Positions 48,743 through 59,078 of a stretch of DNA of 64,000 nucleotides are shown piece after piece; within the stretch, counting starts at the first letter, position 1, and every line of letters begins with the position of its first letter. Both the position numbers and the translations under genes were made by a program. Source of the stretch: Dehalococcoidia bacterium (GTDB lineage: Bacteria; Chloroflexota; Dehalococcoidia; DSTF01; WHTK01); contig OZ252017.1 in NCBI GenBank assembly GCA_965247485.1, forward strand, positions 2,018,884 through 2,082,883, written 5' to 3'. Under the pieces are notes generated by a model. The model was not told the origin of the DNA. It saw only the letters and a list, made by a program, of their open reading frames with translations, and searched no databases.

Positions 48743-51700
48743 TTATCTGTCGTAGTTGAGATTGGGCGCCAGCCAGCGCTCCATCTCCGGCAGTTCCATT
48801 CTCTTTCGTTGAGCGTAGTCCGCTACTTGGTCGGGCTCGATGCGACCCAACCCGAAATACTGCGCCTCTGGACGCCAGAAGTAGTAGCCACTCACGGCCG
48901 CGGTTGGCGTCATGGCGAAACTCTCGGTGAGCGCTAGCCCAATCCGCTCCGTGACTTCGAGCAATTCGAAGATCGTCTGCTTCTCGGTGTGGTCAGGACA
49001 GGCGGGGTAGCCTGGGGCCGGCCGAATTCCCTGGTACTGCTCGTGAATGAGTTCGTCGTTGCTAAAGCTCTCGTCAGTTGCATAGCCCCATAGCTCGCGG
49101 CGAGTCAACTCGTGCATCCTCTCGGCAAGAGCTTCTGCTAGACGGTCGGCCAATGCCTTGACCAAGATCGCGTTGTAATCATCCTGATCCGCTTCAAACT
49201 CAGCCACCTTCTGGTCCAGGCCGATTCCGGCGGTCACCGCAAACATTCCCAACCAATCTGCCGTGACGGATTCTGCCGGAGAGACGAAGTCAGCCAGGGC
49301 AAGGTTTGGGCTGCTGTTGCTCTTCACCATCTGTTGGCGAAGCGTGTGGATCACCGTCAGGGGAGTCGCGTCAGACTTCTGCTCTTCCGGAGTGTTCCAC
49401 ACCAGAATGTCCTCGGCGCCGTCTGAATTGGCTGGGAAGAATCCCACCACCGCTCGGGCTTCGAGCCATTTTTCCGCCACTACTTGGTCCAGCATCGCCT
49501 TTGCGTCGGCGAACAGTGAACTGGCGCTTTCGCCAACCCTGGGGTCAGCCAAAATCTCTGGATAGTGTCCCGCCAGTTCCCAGGTTTGGAAAAACGGGGT
49601 CCAATCAATTCGATCCACTAGTTCGGCCAATGGGAACTCGGTGAAGGTGCGCACGCCGGTAAAGCTTGGCGGTGGTGCGGCAACAACCGAGGCCAGTTCT
49701 AGCTTGTTGGCGCGAGCCTCCGCGAAAGTCTGACGGCGTTGATTCCGTTGTTGGCTAGCTCGCCGCTCGCGGACCTCCTCGTACTCGCTACGAACATTCT
49801 CGACAAACTCGTCGTGCCGAGTATCCGAAAACAGTGAACTTGCGACGTTGACGGCCCTGGAAGCGTCGGTGACGTAGACCACCGGTCCCGTATAATTGGG
49901 CGCAATCTTGACCGCCGTGTGGGCTTTCGAGGTTGTGGCGCCACCGATCAGCAGCGGGATTCTCAACCCTTCGGCCTCCATCTCGCCGGCGACATAGGCC
50001 ATCTCTTCAAGCGAAGGCGTGATCAAACCGGATAGACCGATCGCATCCACCTGCTCCAGGGCAGCAGTCTCCTTGATCTTTGACCATGGCGTCATTACGC
50101 CCATGTCGATCACATCGTAGTTGTTGCACTGCAAGACGACGCTGACGATATTTTTGCCAATGTCGTGCACATCGCCCTTGACCGTTGCCAGCAGAATCTT
50201 TCCCTTGGATCCGGAACCAACGGATTTCCTCTCCTCGATGTAGGGCACCAGGTGCGCAACCGCGCGTTTCATCACGCGCGCGCTCTTGACAACCTGGGGC
50301 AGAAACATTTTTCCGCTGCCAAACAGATCGCCAACCACGTTCATCCCCTCCATCAGGGGACCTTCAATGACCTCAATCGGCTCTTCGACCTGCTGGCGTG
50401 CCTCCTCGGCGTCCTCCACGACAAATTCGTCGATGCCGTGCACCAAAGCGTAGCTCAGGCGCTCGCGAACCGGTAGGCTCCGCCATTCCAGGTTCGCCGC
50501 TTCTTTCGGGCCGCGACCCTGGACCGTATCGGCAATGGCCAAGAGCCTATCGGTGGCGTCGGGACGCCGGTTGAGAACCAGATCTTCAACTCTCTCCAGC
50601 AGGTCCGGGGGAATATCGTCATAGAGCGTCAAAGAACCGGCGTTGACAATACCCATGTCCATGCCGGCGGCAATCGCATGGTAGAGGAACACGGCGTGAA
50701 TTGCCTCTCGTAGCTGATTGTTGCCGCGAAACGCGAAACTGACGTTGCTCACGCCTCCCGAAATCTTCACGTCTGGCAAAGTTTTCTTGATCAGGCGTGT
50801 CGCCTCGAAGAAATTCAGCGCATATCCATTGTGCTCTTCGATTCCGGTGCCAATTGCAAAGATGTTTGGATCGAAGATGATGTCTTCGCCCGGGAAGTCT
50901 GCTTGCTGCGTGAGGACATGGTAGGCGCGTGTGCAGATTTCTACCTTGCGCTCAACGGTATCGGCCTGACCTTCCTCATCGAAAGCCATCACGATCGCGG
51001 CTGCCCCGTAGCGTCGTACTAGCTTGGCCTGGCGCAAGAATTCTGTCTCACCCTCTTTTAGCGAGATCGAGTTAACGATGCTCTTGCCTTGCAGACACTT
51101 AAGCCCGGCTTCTATTACCGTCCATTTTGACGAGTCGACCATGAAGGGAACGCGGGATATGTCTGGCTCCGCCGCAGCCAATTTAAGGAACTTGTCCATT
51201 GCCTCGGCAGAATCCAACATGCCTTCATCGAAGTTAACGTCGATGATGACCGCCCCGGCTTCGATCTGCTGGAGCGCCACATTCAGCGCCGCCTGATAGT
51301 CGCCGCCTAGCACAAGCTTTTTGAAACGCGAGGAGCCGGTGACGTTGGTGCGTTCGCCAATGTTGACGAAGTTTGAATCAGGCCCAATGGTTAGCGGTTC
51401 AAGCCCAGACAGTTGGAACTTGCTGCTTCGGCTGGGTAACTGGCGCGGCTGCAAGTCTCGAACCGCGGTGGCGATCGCGCCAATGTGCGCGGGCGTGGTT
51501 CCGCAGCACCCTCCGACGATGTTCAGAAGGCCGGCTTCGGCAAACTCGCGTAGAACTGCCGATGTGTATTCAGCTGTCTCGTCGTAGCCGCCCATTTCAT
51601 TGGGCAGACCCGCGTTCGGATGGACGCTTATGCGGCAGGGTGCAATTCTGGCCAGCTCTTGAACGTATGGACGTAGATCCTTCGCTCCTAGCGCACAATT

Positions 51701-52459
51701 GAGCCCAATAGAAATTGGACGGGCATGGGCGATCGCGTTGAAAAACGCTTCCGTGGTCTGGCCCGACAAGGTTCGTCCGCTGAGATCTGTGATTGTGCCG
51801 GAGATCATCAGCGGAAGCCGGATACCGGCTGCCTCAAAGGCTTCTTCGATTGCAAAGATCGCCGCCTTGGCGTTTAACGTGTCAAAGATTGTTTCCATCA
51901 ATAGCATGTCGGCGCCGCTGGTTATCAGTGCGTCGGCTTCCTCGCGGTAAGCGAGCACCAACTCATCAAAGGTGACATTGCGATAACCAGGGTCGTCCAC
52001 GCGTGGCGAGATCGTCGCGGTCCGGTTTGTCGGCCCCAAGACTCCAGCCACAAAGCGCGGTTTCCCGTCCCTGGCTTCGAATTCATCTGCCACCGATCTG
52101 GCGAGTTCTGCTCCGGCCTGGTTCTGCTCGAACGCCAGGGCCTCCGTCCCGTAGTCCGACATGGAGATGCGGGTAGATGTAAACGTGTTTGTCTTGACGA
52201 TGTCGGCGCCGGCCTCGAGGTAGGCGACGTGAATTGCCCGAATCACCTCGGGATTGCTCAATTGAAGCAGGTCGTTGTTGCCGCGTAAGTCTTGCGGCCA
52301 ATCGGAAAACCGCTCGCCACGAAAACCAGCCTCATCCAGCTGCAGCTTCTGAATCTCTGTGCCCATCGGCCCGTCCAGGACCAGGATGCGCTGCTCCAGC
52401 AGCGCATCGAGGCCAGCCAGTCGTTCGTCTCTAGTGAAGATGGTTGATGTGGTCATCAA
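48743..52459 (-). CDS. metH: Cobalamin-dependent methionine synthase
   Basis: 1238 aa with all four modules (Hcy-binding, pterin-binding, B12-binding with the DxHxxG region, AdoMet reactivation). Confidence 0.9.
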   Translation of the reverse strand: MMTTSTIFTRDERLAGLDALLEQRILVLDGPMGTEIQKLQLDEAGFRGERFSDWPQDLRGNNDLLQLSNPEVIRAIHVAYLEAGADIVKTNTFTSTRISMSDYGTEALAFEQNQAGAELARSVADEFEARDGKPRFVAGVLGPTNRTATISPRVDDPGYRNVTFDELVLAYREEADALITSGADMLLMETIFDTLNAKAAIFAIEEAFEAAGIRLPLMISGTITDLSGRTLSGQTTEAFFNAIAHARPISIGLNCALGAKDLRPYVQELARIAPCRISVHPNAGLPNEMGGYDETAEYTSAVLREFAEAGLLNIVGGCCGTTPAHIGAIATAVRDLQPRQLPSRSSKFQLSGLEPLTIGPDSNFVNIGERTNVTGSSRFKKLVLGGDYQAALNVALQQIEAGAVIIDVNFDEGMLDSAEAMDKFLKLAAAEPDISRVPFMVDSSKWTVIEAGLKCLQGKSIVNSISLKEGETEFLRQAKLVRRYGAAAIVMAFDEEGQADTVERKVEICTRAYHVLTQQADFPGEDIIFDPNIFAIGTGIEEHNGYALNFFEATRLIKKTLPDVKISGGVSNVSFAFRGNNQLREAIHAVFLYHAIAAGMDMGIVNAGSLTLYDDIPPDLLERVEDLVLNRRPDATDRLLAIADTVQGRGPKEAANLEWRSLPVRERLSYALVHGIDEFVVEDAEEARQQVEEPIEVIEGPLMEGMNVVGDLFGSGKMFLPQVVKSARVMKRAVAHLVPYIEERKSVGSGSKGKILLATVKGDVHDIGKNIVSVVLQCNNYDVIDMGVMTPWSKIKETAALEQVDAIGLSGLITPSLEEMAYVAGEMEAEGLRIPLLIGGATTSKAHTAVKIAPNYTGPVVYVTDASRAVNVASSLFSDTRHDEFVENVRSEYEEVRERRASQQRNQRRQTFAEARANKLELASVVAAPPPSFTGVRTFTEFPLAELVDRIDWTPFFQTWELAGHYPEILADPRVGESASSLFADAKAMLDQVVAEKWLEARAVVGFFPANSDGAEDILVWNTPEEQKSDATPLTVIHTLRQQMVKSNSSPNLALADFVSPAESVTADWLGMFAVTAGIGLDQKVAEFEADQDDYNAILVKALADRLAEALAERMHELTRRELWGYATDESFSNDELIHEQYQGIRPAPGYPACPDHTEKQTIFELLEVTERIGLALTESFAMTPTAAVSGYYFWRPEAQYFGLGRIEPDQVADYAQRKRMELPEMERWLAPNLNYDR

Positions 52460-53358
52460 ACCGTTTCCTTTGAGACCGCGTTAGGACGGAGTCCCAAAAT
52501 GTGGCAGATGGCGAAGGTGAGGTCGGCTCGGTTAAGGGTGTAGAAATGGAACTCGGTGACGCCTTCCTGGGCCAATTCTCGCACCTGTTCGGCCGCGATG
52601 GTCAGGGCCACGGATTGGCGGGTGGATGCATCTTTGTCCAACCCCTCGAAGGCTTTCCAAAGGAATTCAGGGACCGAAGCCCCGGCCTTTTCGGCAAATC
52701 GGGCCGTTTGCTTGAGGTTTGTAATCGGCATGATGCCCGGGACTATCGGTACTGTAATGCCCGCGGCCATGACTTCTTCCCGAAAGCGCAGGAAATTTTC
52801 GTTGTCGAAAAAGAACTGCGTAATTGCCCGTGTTGCTCCGGCATCGATCTTGCGTTTCAAATTCTCGATGTCTTCTTCCGGGGATGGCGCTTCGGGGTGA
52901 CCTTCTGGATGAGCCGCTACCGAAATCTCAAAATCCTGGCGTTTGAGCAGGCCGCGGACAAGATCGGATGCCCGGTTGTATCCGCCGGGATGGGGCGTGT
53001 AGTGCTCTTCACCGCCGGGTGGATCTCCACGCAAGGCGACGATGTGGCGAACGTTGGCTTCCCAGTAATCGTCCGCTACCTCATCAACTTCATCTTGCGT
53101 GGCATCGACACACGTCAGATGCGCGGCCGGAGTCAAAGTCGTTTCGCTGAGGATTCGACGAACAGTCCTGTGGGTATTTTCACGCGTACTTCCACCGGCG
53201 CCGTAGGTTACGGACACGAAATGCGGCGCTAGGGGCTCCAGACGCTTGATAGCAACCCACAAGCTCTCTTCCATCTCCGGTGTCTTGGGCGGAAAAAACT
53301 CGAATGAGACCTGGAATGGCGAGCTATCACCAATTTGCGAACTTAAAAGCTCTTTCAA
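52456..53358 (-). CDS. metF: 5,10-methylenetetrahydrofolate reductase
   Basis: 300 aa MetF fold. TTG start. Overlaps the metH start by 4 bp. Confidence 0.85.
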   Translation of the reverse strand: MKELLSSQIGDSSPFQVSFEFFPPKTPEMEESLWVAIKRLEPLAPHFVSVTYGAGGSTRENTHRTVRRILSETTLTPAAHLTCVDATQDEVDEVADDYWEANVRHIVALRGDPPGGEEHYTPHPGGYNRASDLVRGLLKRQDFEISVAAHPEGHPEAPSPEEDIENLKRKIDAGATRAITQFFFDNENFLRFREEVMAAGITVPIVPGIMPITNLKQTARFAEKAGASVPEFLWKAFEGLDKDASTRQSVALTIAAEQVRELAQEGVTEFHFYTLNRADLTFAICHILGLRPNAVSKETV

Positions 53359-53770
53359 TGGACTAACTAAAACCTAATCTCTTGACTGATTAACGTAAGT
53401 ATATGCGAGCAAAACAACCGCGCGCTCTGAGAGTCAGCTGCGGCGCATTGCATCAGCTCTCGTCTGATGCTGTCAGAAGCCGGCCTACGGCAATGCACGG
53501 GCGAGGTAGCGCCAGTAGCGGTTCAGGTAGCCAAGGGTATCAACTCTCCTGCAATACTAAACTGCGGCTCGTCGCAGTACGATCTCACTAACTCTGGCGG
53601 TGCGTCGCTATTAGCGGAAACCCTAGCTTCGGACGCCCTTTCGCAGGCCACGTCCTGGCGAATCCCATTGCCAGGATCCGGAAAGCTATTTTGCTCGACT
53701 GGGCTCTAACTTAAGAACTTTTGCGAAATTTCTTGGCTTCGTGATCCTTTGGGGAAATATCGGCGAAGTA
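53359..53770 (-). promoter_or_regulatory. ~400-nt untranslated leader upstream of metF-metH (minus strand). Candidate SAM/B12-responsive riboswitch or attenuator, unverified.
   Basis: No credible ORF in the leader. Long leaders on met genes often carry riboswitches. I could not match a specific Rfam consensus by eye. Confidence 0.2.
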
Positions 53771-53816
53771 GATGAGAGGAAGTCCTGTAGTTGTAGGAGC
53801 GACGAAGGAGCTCACG

Positions 53817-54395
53817 ATGAAATGGCTTGTGCTTGGAGTAGGTGGGGTAGTCCTTTTCGCGGCACTTTCACTTGGGTCAACCAGACAAACTGCGGCGGCG
53901 GCCGAACCAGCCGAACTCTTCGATCAGTTTGTCTCTGCGATTAATTCGGGCGACGTGGCCAGTGCGCTTGGTCTGTTTTCTAGCGATGCCGTAATGGAGC
54001 TGACAGCTGCGAGTGGAGCTGGAGCTGGTTCGGGTCCGGGACCCGGAGGCCCGGTTGCCAATTCTCCTTGCCCTCAAGGCTTGTGCGTGGGCCCAGAGGC
54101 GATCCGCGCTCAACTCGAGCTCCAGGTGAAAGAGGGACACGAGCTGACACTGATCTCAGCATCTGGTTCGGCGAATAACTTGATCGGCAGTTACGAGCTA
54201 CGTTCGATAGCCACGAATAAACTAGGCGTCGAGCGGATAATCTTCAACTTCGTCCTGGAGGAAACCGACGGGGAAATTTCCCGATTTAGCTTCGGCCCGG
54301 ATCTGACAGATCCCGAGACTGTTTCATTCTTGATGAAGCAGGCCAGCCAGATCCAACCGCCGAGTACCGGGGACGCTGGGCTGGCTGGCAACTAG
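53817..54395 (+). CDS. Secreted hypothetical protein (signal peptide MKWLVLGVGGVVLFAALSLGS)
   Basis: ORF 53772..54395, with the probable start at ATG 53817. Gly-rich linker (GAGAGSGPGPGGP). Confidence 0.4.
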   Translation: MKWLVLGVGGVVLFAALSLGSTRQTAAAAEPAELFDQFVSAINSGDVASALGLFSSDAVMELTAASGAGAGSGPGPGGPVANSPCPQGLCVGPEAIRAQLELQVKEGHELTLISASGSANNLIGSYELRSIATNKLGVERIIFNFVLEETDGEISRFSFGPDLTDPETVSFLMKQASQIQPPSTGDAGLAGN

Positions 54396-54657
54396 TAGGA
54401 AACGGCTAGACCATTCAGCGTGTCTCTGAGTCAGTGGAATAGACGAGGAGCGGATGTTATGCATGACTAATTTCGTGACTGGAGTTAGTTTGAGTGATAT
54501 CGCGCCGGGAGAGCGGCAACGGGCTGGTGCGAAACGCGTGTGATCGACTATGGAAAGTTCGCTCTGTGTTTCTAAGCCTCTTCTCAAACTGGTAGCGAAA
54601 AATATAACAACGCTGGCCGGCTCTCTCAATTCATTGCCGGGCTTTGAAGCAATAGGA

Positions 54658-55779
54658 CTAGGGCTCGTAAACTTCGGTCTGAGTGTAGAAGTCACTCCAG
54701 GCAAACCAAAAGGAATAGGTCGCAGGGATTTGTCTGAGCTCTGATCCTTCAAGCGGTCCACTAATTGCCCTGCCTGTGAGGCCCGACCAAACACTGGCCG
54801 TCTCCGTGTCTTCAAGGAGCGGCTCGTCCGCTCCCGAGCCTACGTTTGCAAAGGTCAGCGTTCGGCCATTCAGGCTGCGGTCAAAAGCGACCGCGGTGGT
54901 GGTCCTCTGATCGAAGACTATCAACACGGCCGAACCTCCAATAGAGTCGTTAATTACCGGATTGGCAAAAAGACGCGAAAACGCGTAGGCCTTCGTCTGC
55001 CTTTGAACAACCAGGCCGAGCACCAACTCCTTTCCGGGCAGGCGTTCGTCTGAAAGGGAACCACCCAGAACGCCGAGATCAGAGCGATTGTAGTAGCTCG
55101 AATAGGCGTCGCTGCCGTAGGAGCCACCCTTGTCCAGCACCAAGGTTTCCGGGTGGGCGCTGCGCCACTGACTCCAGGTCGTATGTGTGGCGGCGATTGG
55201 CGTCAATTTGACGCCTTTGAACTGGCCTTGAATCCCCTCGCCCAGAATTTGCTGCCAGAGACTGTCGGTTTGGCGGTCATACATGACCAGATCGTTCATG
55301 ATCAATTTTCCCGAAACGCCAAACTCCAAGACCTGCCCGTCGACGCGACGGTCATAGACGATCCCGGTGAAACACAAAGGACAATAGGTTATTGCCACCG
55401 GAACCCCGGCAACCAGGTCATTGACGATTTCATGCCGGCTGAGGATATTGATTGGATAGGCACGAGTTTGGCCACCTAGCTGTAACCCAATGACCAGCTC
55501 ACTGCTGGCCATCTGTGCTTCAGCTTCGTCGGCGCTGAGGAAACTAGGATCGTCAATCGAGCGAATGGCGTCCTTGGGTACCAGTGAATAAATCGACACC
55601 TGCCGAGACTCGCTCGGCTCAAGGCTAGCAAGCGATCCTTCCGCCAACGTGAGACGTTGACCGAGAATGCCAAATCTTTGCCCCAGCATGAAGATCAACA
55701 GCAACCCGATACCGACCAGAACCATCAGCGGCAGAAACCGCCAGACCGTTCCAAGAGTGAGATCTAGTGTGTTCTGCAT
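54658..55779 (-). CDS. DUF3179 family protein (N-terminal TM anchor, CPLC motif), intact paralog of the 31.8-33.0 kb pseudogene
   Basis: 373 aa. Conserved …VAITYCPLCFTGIVYDR…LVMYDRQTDSLW… segments. Confidence 0.6.
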   Translation of the reverse strand: MQNTLDLTLGTVWRFLPLMVLVGIGLLLIFMLGQRFGILGQRLTLAEGSLASLEPSESRQVSIYSLVPKDAIRSIDDPSFLSADEAEAQMASSELVIGLQLGGQTRAYPINILSRHEIVNDLVAGVPVAITYCPLCFTGIVYDRRVDGQVLEFGVSGKLIMNDLVMYDRQTDSLWQQILGEGIQGQFKGVKLTPIAATHTTWSQWRSAHPETLVLDKGGSYGSDAYSSYYNRSDLGVLGGSLSDERLPGKELVLGLVVQRQTKAYAFSRLFANPVINDSIGGSAVLIVFDQRTTTAVAFDRSLNGRTLTFANVGSGADEPLLEDTETASVWSGLTGRAISGPLEGSELRQIPATYSFWFAWSDFYTQTEVYEP

Positions 55780-55813
55780 CTTCCCTATGCCCGCGGCCGG
55801 GTTACTAAAGACA

Positions 55814-56086
55814 CTAAGCGCTTTGCCACAGGTAGGCGCCTAGGACGAGCAAACTGCCGCCAGCAGCCAGCCACACGCTGCCCACATGCACGGCATCCTG
55901 ACCGATAACGTCAGCTGAAGCGGTGCCGAAGCCTTTCGTATGTTGCCCCAAAAGTCCCCGAAGCCCGAACCAAATCGGCGGCAAAGCGACCAGGAAAAAG
56001 TAAGCGCCAATGAAGTCCTGGCGCGAGACGAATTCCCAAACGAACTCAGGCAGGTTTATGATCGCGTCCATTAGCCCACCGCCCAT
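55814..56086 (-). CDS. Small membrane protein (2-3 TM) encoded immediately upstream of the DUF3179 gene
   Basis: 90 aa hydrophobic ORF, 35 bp from the DUF3179 start on the same strand. Confidence 0.35.
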   Translation of the reverse strand: MGGGLMDAIINLPEFVWEFVSRQDFIGAYFFLVALPPIWFGLRGLLGQHTKGFGTASADVIGQDAVHVGSVWLAAGGSLLVLGAYLWQSA

Positions 56087-56232
56087 TCAACATACCGCCG
56101 CCGCCGCAGCCGGCCTTTCAGTTGATTGCCCGTACACTGCTTTTCAAGCGTCACATCTTTACCTTAGGGTCTATGTTTTGATTCGTGATCGAAATCACCT
56201 TCGCTCGCTTACTGAATCGGGAGAATTGAGGA

Positions 56233-56637
56233 ATGTCTTCAAAGCAAAACAGTGACGGCGAGGCCGCTACGTGGCCGCTGGCCGCGCACTCCGGAGGTCT
56301 GTTAGTGGCGCTGCTCTTTGCCGCGCTGTGGGTCGGCCTCACCTTGCGCACCGGTGTGACCTACCATCTGTTTCCCTTAGCGATCGGTGTTTTGCCGGCT
56401 CTCGTGGCCTATCGTGTATTTGAAGCCAAATCCCGCTCCTGGTGGCCCGGGCCGATCGGTCTTGTGCCAGTAGGTCCTGCGATCGTAGCTCTGGCCTGGG
56501 GAGTGCTGGAACTTTTGAATGAGACGCCAACGGCGACTTTTATCCACGACCAGCCAGGTGGTGTGCCGGCTGAGGTGGCAGTGCTCGGCCTGGCCGGCGC
56601 CGCTGTCGGATTATGGTTCGCTCGGCCTAAGCCCTGA
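56233..56637 (+). CDS. Hypothetical integral membrane protein (4 TM)
   Basis: 134 aa, hydrophobic. It ends just before the first copy of the repeated element. Confidence 0.4.
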   Translation: MSSKQNSDGEAATWPLAAHSGGLLVALLFAALWVGLTLRTGVTYHLFPLAIGVLPALVAYRVFEAKSRSWWPGPIGLVPVGPAIVALAWGVLELLNETPTATFIHDQPGGVPAEVAVLGLAGAAVGLWFARPKP

Positions 56638-56664
56638 TATTGGCTCGATAGCAAGCAGCGACCT

Positions 56665-56728
56665 AACCAACGCTGCCTGACGCTCCCGGCAAGTGGGCGA
56701 CGCGCCGCCTTATTGACGTTATTTCAAG
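56665..56728 (+). repeat. Cassette-boundary-like structured repeat, copy A (AACCAACGCTGCCTGACGCTCCCGGCAAGTGGGCGACGCGCCGCCTTATTGACGTTATTTCAAG)
   Basis: Shares the GACGCTCCCGGCAAGTGG core, a GC hairpin and a TATTT(N)AA tail with copies B-G. Confidence 0.7.
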
Positions 56729-56733
56729 CTCGT

Positions 56734-56812
56734 GGCGACAAACAAAACCAACGCCGCCGACGCTGCGGTGGAGTGGGCGGCAAGACGCCTTCATTCACGG
56801 TATTTGAAACAG
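56734..56812 (+). repeat. Structured repeat, copy B (degenerate: GCGACAAACAAAACCAACGCCGCCGACGCTGCGGTGGAGTGGGCGGCAAGACGCCTTCATTCACGGTATTTGAAACAG)
   Basis: Shares the GACAAACA…AACGCnGCCGACGCT leader block with copy G, and the core plus tail with the others. Confidence 0.65.
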
Positions 56813-57100
56813 TGTGTCCAAGATCACAAAACCCTGGAGTCGAACCCCATATGATTCTAGTAATACCCGTGGGGGTATCTATGTAGGAAGGGAGTCGGAA
56901 ATGGTTTCGATTGGTAGAAGAAAGATACGCATTCGAGCGTGCTAGCGCTGCGGCGGTGATGGTTTTGCTGGTTCCGAAGAAGATGACAGCTGGGCTTGTC
57001 TTCAATGCGGCCGGCCCGTTAGCCCGGAAAAGCAGGATATGCGCCCCAATGGCGAGCGTCACGCAGCTGCTTGAGTGCCGGGGCCGGGTAGCAACAGCTA

Positions 57101-57166
57101 GAACAACGTTGCCGAAGTTGCCGGCAAGTGGGGGGCAAGCCGCCTTGATTGGCGGCATTTAGAACA
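57101..57166 (+). repeat. Structured repeat, copy C, ending at the ATG of the thioredoxin-like gene (…GGCGGCATTTAGAACAATG)
   Basis: GAACAACGTTGCCGAAGTTGCCGGCAAGTGGGGGGCAAGCCGCCTTGATTGGCGGCATTTAGAACA, then ATG at 57167. Confidence 0.65.
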
Positions 57167-57826
57167 ATGAAAAAATTCGACTTTGAGAATCGCGCGGTGC
57201 GAGGCATCGTAGCCTTGACGCTTGTCGGTTTCATTAGCATCCTCTTGTGGCAAGCGGGGGTGCTTTTTCGGGACCCAGACGAGCAGGTGGAAGTGGCGAA
57301 TGCCAACGGTGAGACGGTGGTTCTGGAGATCCGAGCCGCCGACACGTCGATTGAGACACCAAACGGCGACGCTCTCAATGTCTCGGTAAAACAAGGGGAC
57401 CTGGCGGCAAACTTTGAGCTATCGACCCTGACCGGAGAGCGCGTCCAGCTAGCCGACTTTCGTGGCCAGGCTATATTCCTCAACTTCTGGGCTTCTTGGT
57501 GTGGCCCTTGCCGTGCCGAAATGCCAGACATCGACGCCGTGCTGCGGAAATACGAGGATGACGGTCTAATAGTGTTGGCGGTCAATAACGGTGAGCCATT
57601 TGGCCCCGCGAAACAGTTTATTGATGATTTGCAGGTCAACCTCACGGTCGTTGGCCTTGACCCAAGCCAGGAAATAATCGGCCGCTACCGCATCGTGGCG
57701 ATGCCGACCAGCATCTTTATCGATGAAAATGGTGTTATCACCCGGATTCACGCTGGGCTGGCGACCGCGGGCCAAATCGATCAATTCGTCCAAGAAGCAT
57801 TGGGTAAGCTGGCGGTCAGCCAATAA
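57167..57826 (+). CDS. TlpA-like membrane-anchored thioredoxin (thiol:disulfide oxidoreductase, ResA/TlpA family)
   Basis: N-terminal TM anchor plus WASWCGPCRAEMP (CxxC). ATG 57167 is preferred over the ORF-track start at 57149 because the latter reads through the repeat element. Confidence 0.75.
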   Translation: MKKFDFENRAVRGIVALTLVGFISILLWQAGVLFRDPDEQVEVANANGETVVLEIRAADTSIETPNGDALNVSVKQGDLAANFELSTLTGERVQLADFRGQAIFLNFWASWCGPCRAEMPDIDAVLRKYEDDGLIVLAVNNGEPFGPAKQFIDDLQVNLTVVGLDPSQEIIGRYRIVAMPTSIFIDENGVITRIHAGLATAGQIDQFVQEALGKLAVSQ

Positions 57827-57863
57827 GGCAGGTTCGTTGAGCGTTTGGATCATTCCCGTGCAA

Positions 57864-58304
57864 ATGGAAGCCGCGGAAATTCAGGTTGAGGCGGAAAAGT
57901 CGGAAGTTTTTCGCAAGCTGACTTCCTTTGCAACTAATAGAGGAAGCATAGGCCCGAAGGTTCTCGTGCGTGAGGAAACCGGCACCCTGCTGGTCGAGTT
58001 CCGTACGGCAGTGACAGGACTTCTTGGCCGCAGGAAGACGCATCGCACGGTGGAAAGGGTCACACTCAGTGAACCGGACCAGATCCTATTCAAGGGCGTC
58101 GAAGGGCCTCTGGACCTCTTGATCGACCGCATATCGCTAATCGCAGCAGCCGGCGGAACGAGAGTGCGTTACGAGAGTACGATTGGACTCAAGGGGTCAG
58201 TATTCGGCTGGCTGATTTGCAGGCTTTACGTCCGGCGCGTCCTCAGCAGATTTATGCAAAAGCATCTGAGTCAGCTCAGGGATTCCCTTGAACGCGACGA
58301 CTAA
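57864..58304 (+). CDS. SRPBCC (polyketide-cyclase/START-like) small protein
   Basis: ATG at 57864 (MEAAEIQVEAEKSEVFRKL…) gives ~147 aa. The fold call is from length and composition only. The ORF-track start at 57723 overlaps the TlpA gene. Confidence 0.4.
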   Translation: MEAAEIQVEAEKSEVFRKLTSFATNRGSIGPKVLVREETGTLLVEFRTAVTGLLGRRKTHRTVERVTLSEPDQILFKGVEGPLDLLIDRISLIAAAGGTRVRYESTIGLKGSVFGWLICRLYVRRVLSRFMQKHLSQLRDSLERDD

Positions 58305-58320
58305 CGCTTCCCGACAGGGA

Positions 58321-58390
58321 GAACCGACGCTGCCGACGCTCCCGGCAAGTGGGCGGCCAGCCGCCTTCATTGCCGGTATTTAGAATAATC
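58321..58390 (+). repeat. Structured repeat, copy D (near-consensus: GAACCGACGCTGCCGACGCTCCCGGCAAGTGGGCGGCCAGCCGCCTTCATTGCCGGTATTTAGAATAATC)
   Basis: Lies 65 bp upstream of the HNH endonuclease ORF. Confidence 0.75.
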
Positions 58391-58454
58391 CGACGCCTCT
58401 CGTATAAGTAGATTCCCTTAGGGCACCAGAGAGGCCTTAAGGATAAACTTAGGC

Positions 58455-58883
58455 TTGATGACCGACTCGGCTGATTCTTGGCGAGCGCATGTGACCTGCG
58501 TCGACCTTTCCCAAGAGGTCTGCCGGCTCGCTAGTTGCCGGCAAGCGCTTCCGGCTCGACGCACCGCATATTGTTCCGATGCGCACGCGCGCGAGTTCGA
58601 GCGTAATCACTTCTGGTCGGCCGCCAGGCGAGCAGCGCGCCGGCGCGCCAAATGGACCTGTGAGAGGTGCAACTTCAAACCCTCTCAAGTCAAGAAAGAC
58701 CCTGTCGCCAAGAGCGCTTACGCAGGTCACGAGTTGAGGCTGCAGGTGAACCATATTGAACCGCTTGCCGGTCGATACCGCTCGATGACCTGTTTTAATC
58801 ATCTGAGCAACCTTGAGGTTCTATGCCATCGCTGTCATGTCTCCGTCACCAGCGAGCAGCGGCAACAGGCCGCTTCTGCTTAG
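58455..58883 (+). CDS. HNH endonuclease (McrA-like small nuclease)
   Basis: 142 aa with a Cys-rich region and HNH motif (…CERCNF…LQVNHIEPL…NLEVLCHRCH…). Confidence 0.6.
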   Translation: MMTDSADSWRAHVTCVDLSQEVCRLASCRQALPARRTAYCSDAHAREFERNHFWSAARRAARRRAKWTCERCNFKPSQVKKDPVAKSAYAGHELRLQVNHIEPLAGRYRSMTCFNHLSNLEVLCHRCHVSVTSEQRQQAASA

Positions 58884-58947
58884 TGCTGAAGCAATGCACT
58901 CATGGAAAGTTAGCGCCGCTGCCACCGCTCCCAAAGCTCGTGACGGC

Positions 58948-59022
58948 GAACAAGCAGACGCTGCTGACGCTCCCGGCAAGTGGACGGCAAGCCGCCTTCA
59001 TTGTCCGGTATTTAAAATAATC
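58948..59022 (+). repeat. Structured repeat, copy E (…GACGCTCCCGGCAAGTGGACGGCAAGCCGCCTTCATTGTCCGGTATTTAAAATAATCC)
   Basis: In tandem with copy F. Confidence 0.75.
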
Positions 59023-59078
59023 CCGACGCTCCCGGCAAGTGGGCGCCTTGGCGCCATCATTGCCTGGTATTTCAAATA
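59023..59078 (+). repeat. Structured repeat, copy F, core only, ending exactly at the ATG of the MFS gene (…GGTATTTCAAATAATG)
   Basis: CGACGCTCCCGGCAAGTGGGCGCCTTGGCGCCATCATTGCCTGGTATTTCAAATA, then ATG at 59079. The inner stem is GGCGC/GCGCC rather than GGCGG/CCGCC (compensatory change). Confidence 0.75.

Noticed and set aside
56836-56852. GGGGTTCGACTCC (minus strand) resembling a tRNA T-arm in the AT-rich spacer after element copy B
   Set aside because: The flanks cannot form a 5-bp T-stem, acceptor stem or anticodon arm. It is not a tRNA or tRNA fragment with any confidence.
56911-57162. 83-aa ORF between element copies B and C
   Set aside because: The TTG start and the C-terminal third are translation of repeat element C. 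No domain is recognisable. It is possibly spurious, though a tiny cassette ORF cannot be excluded.
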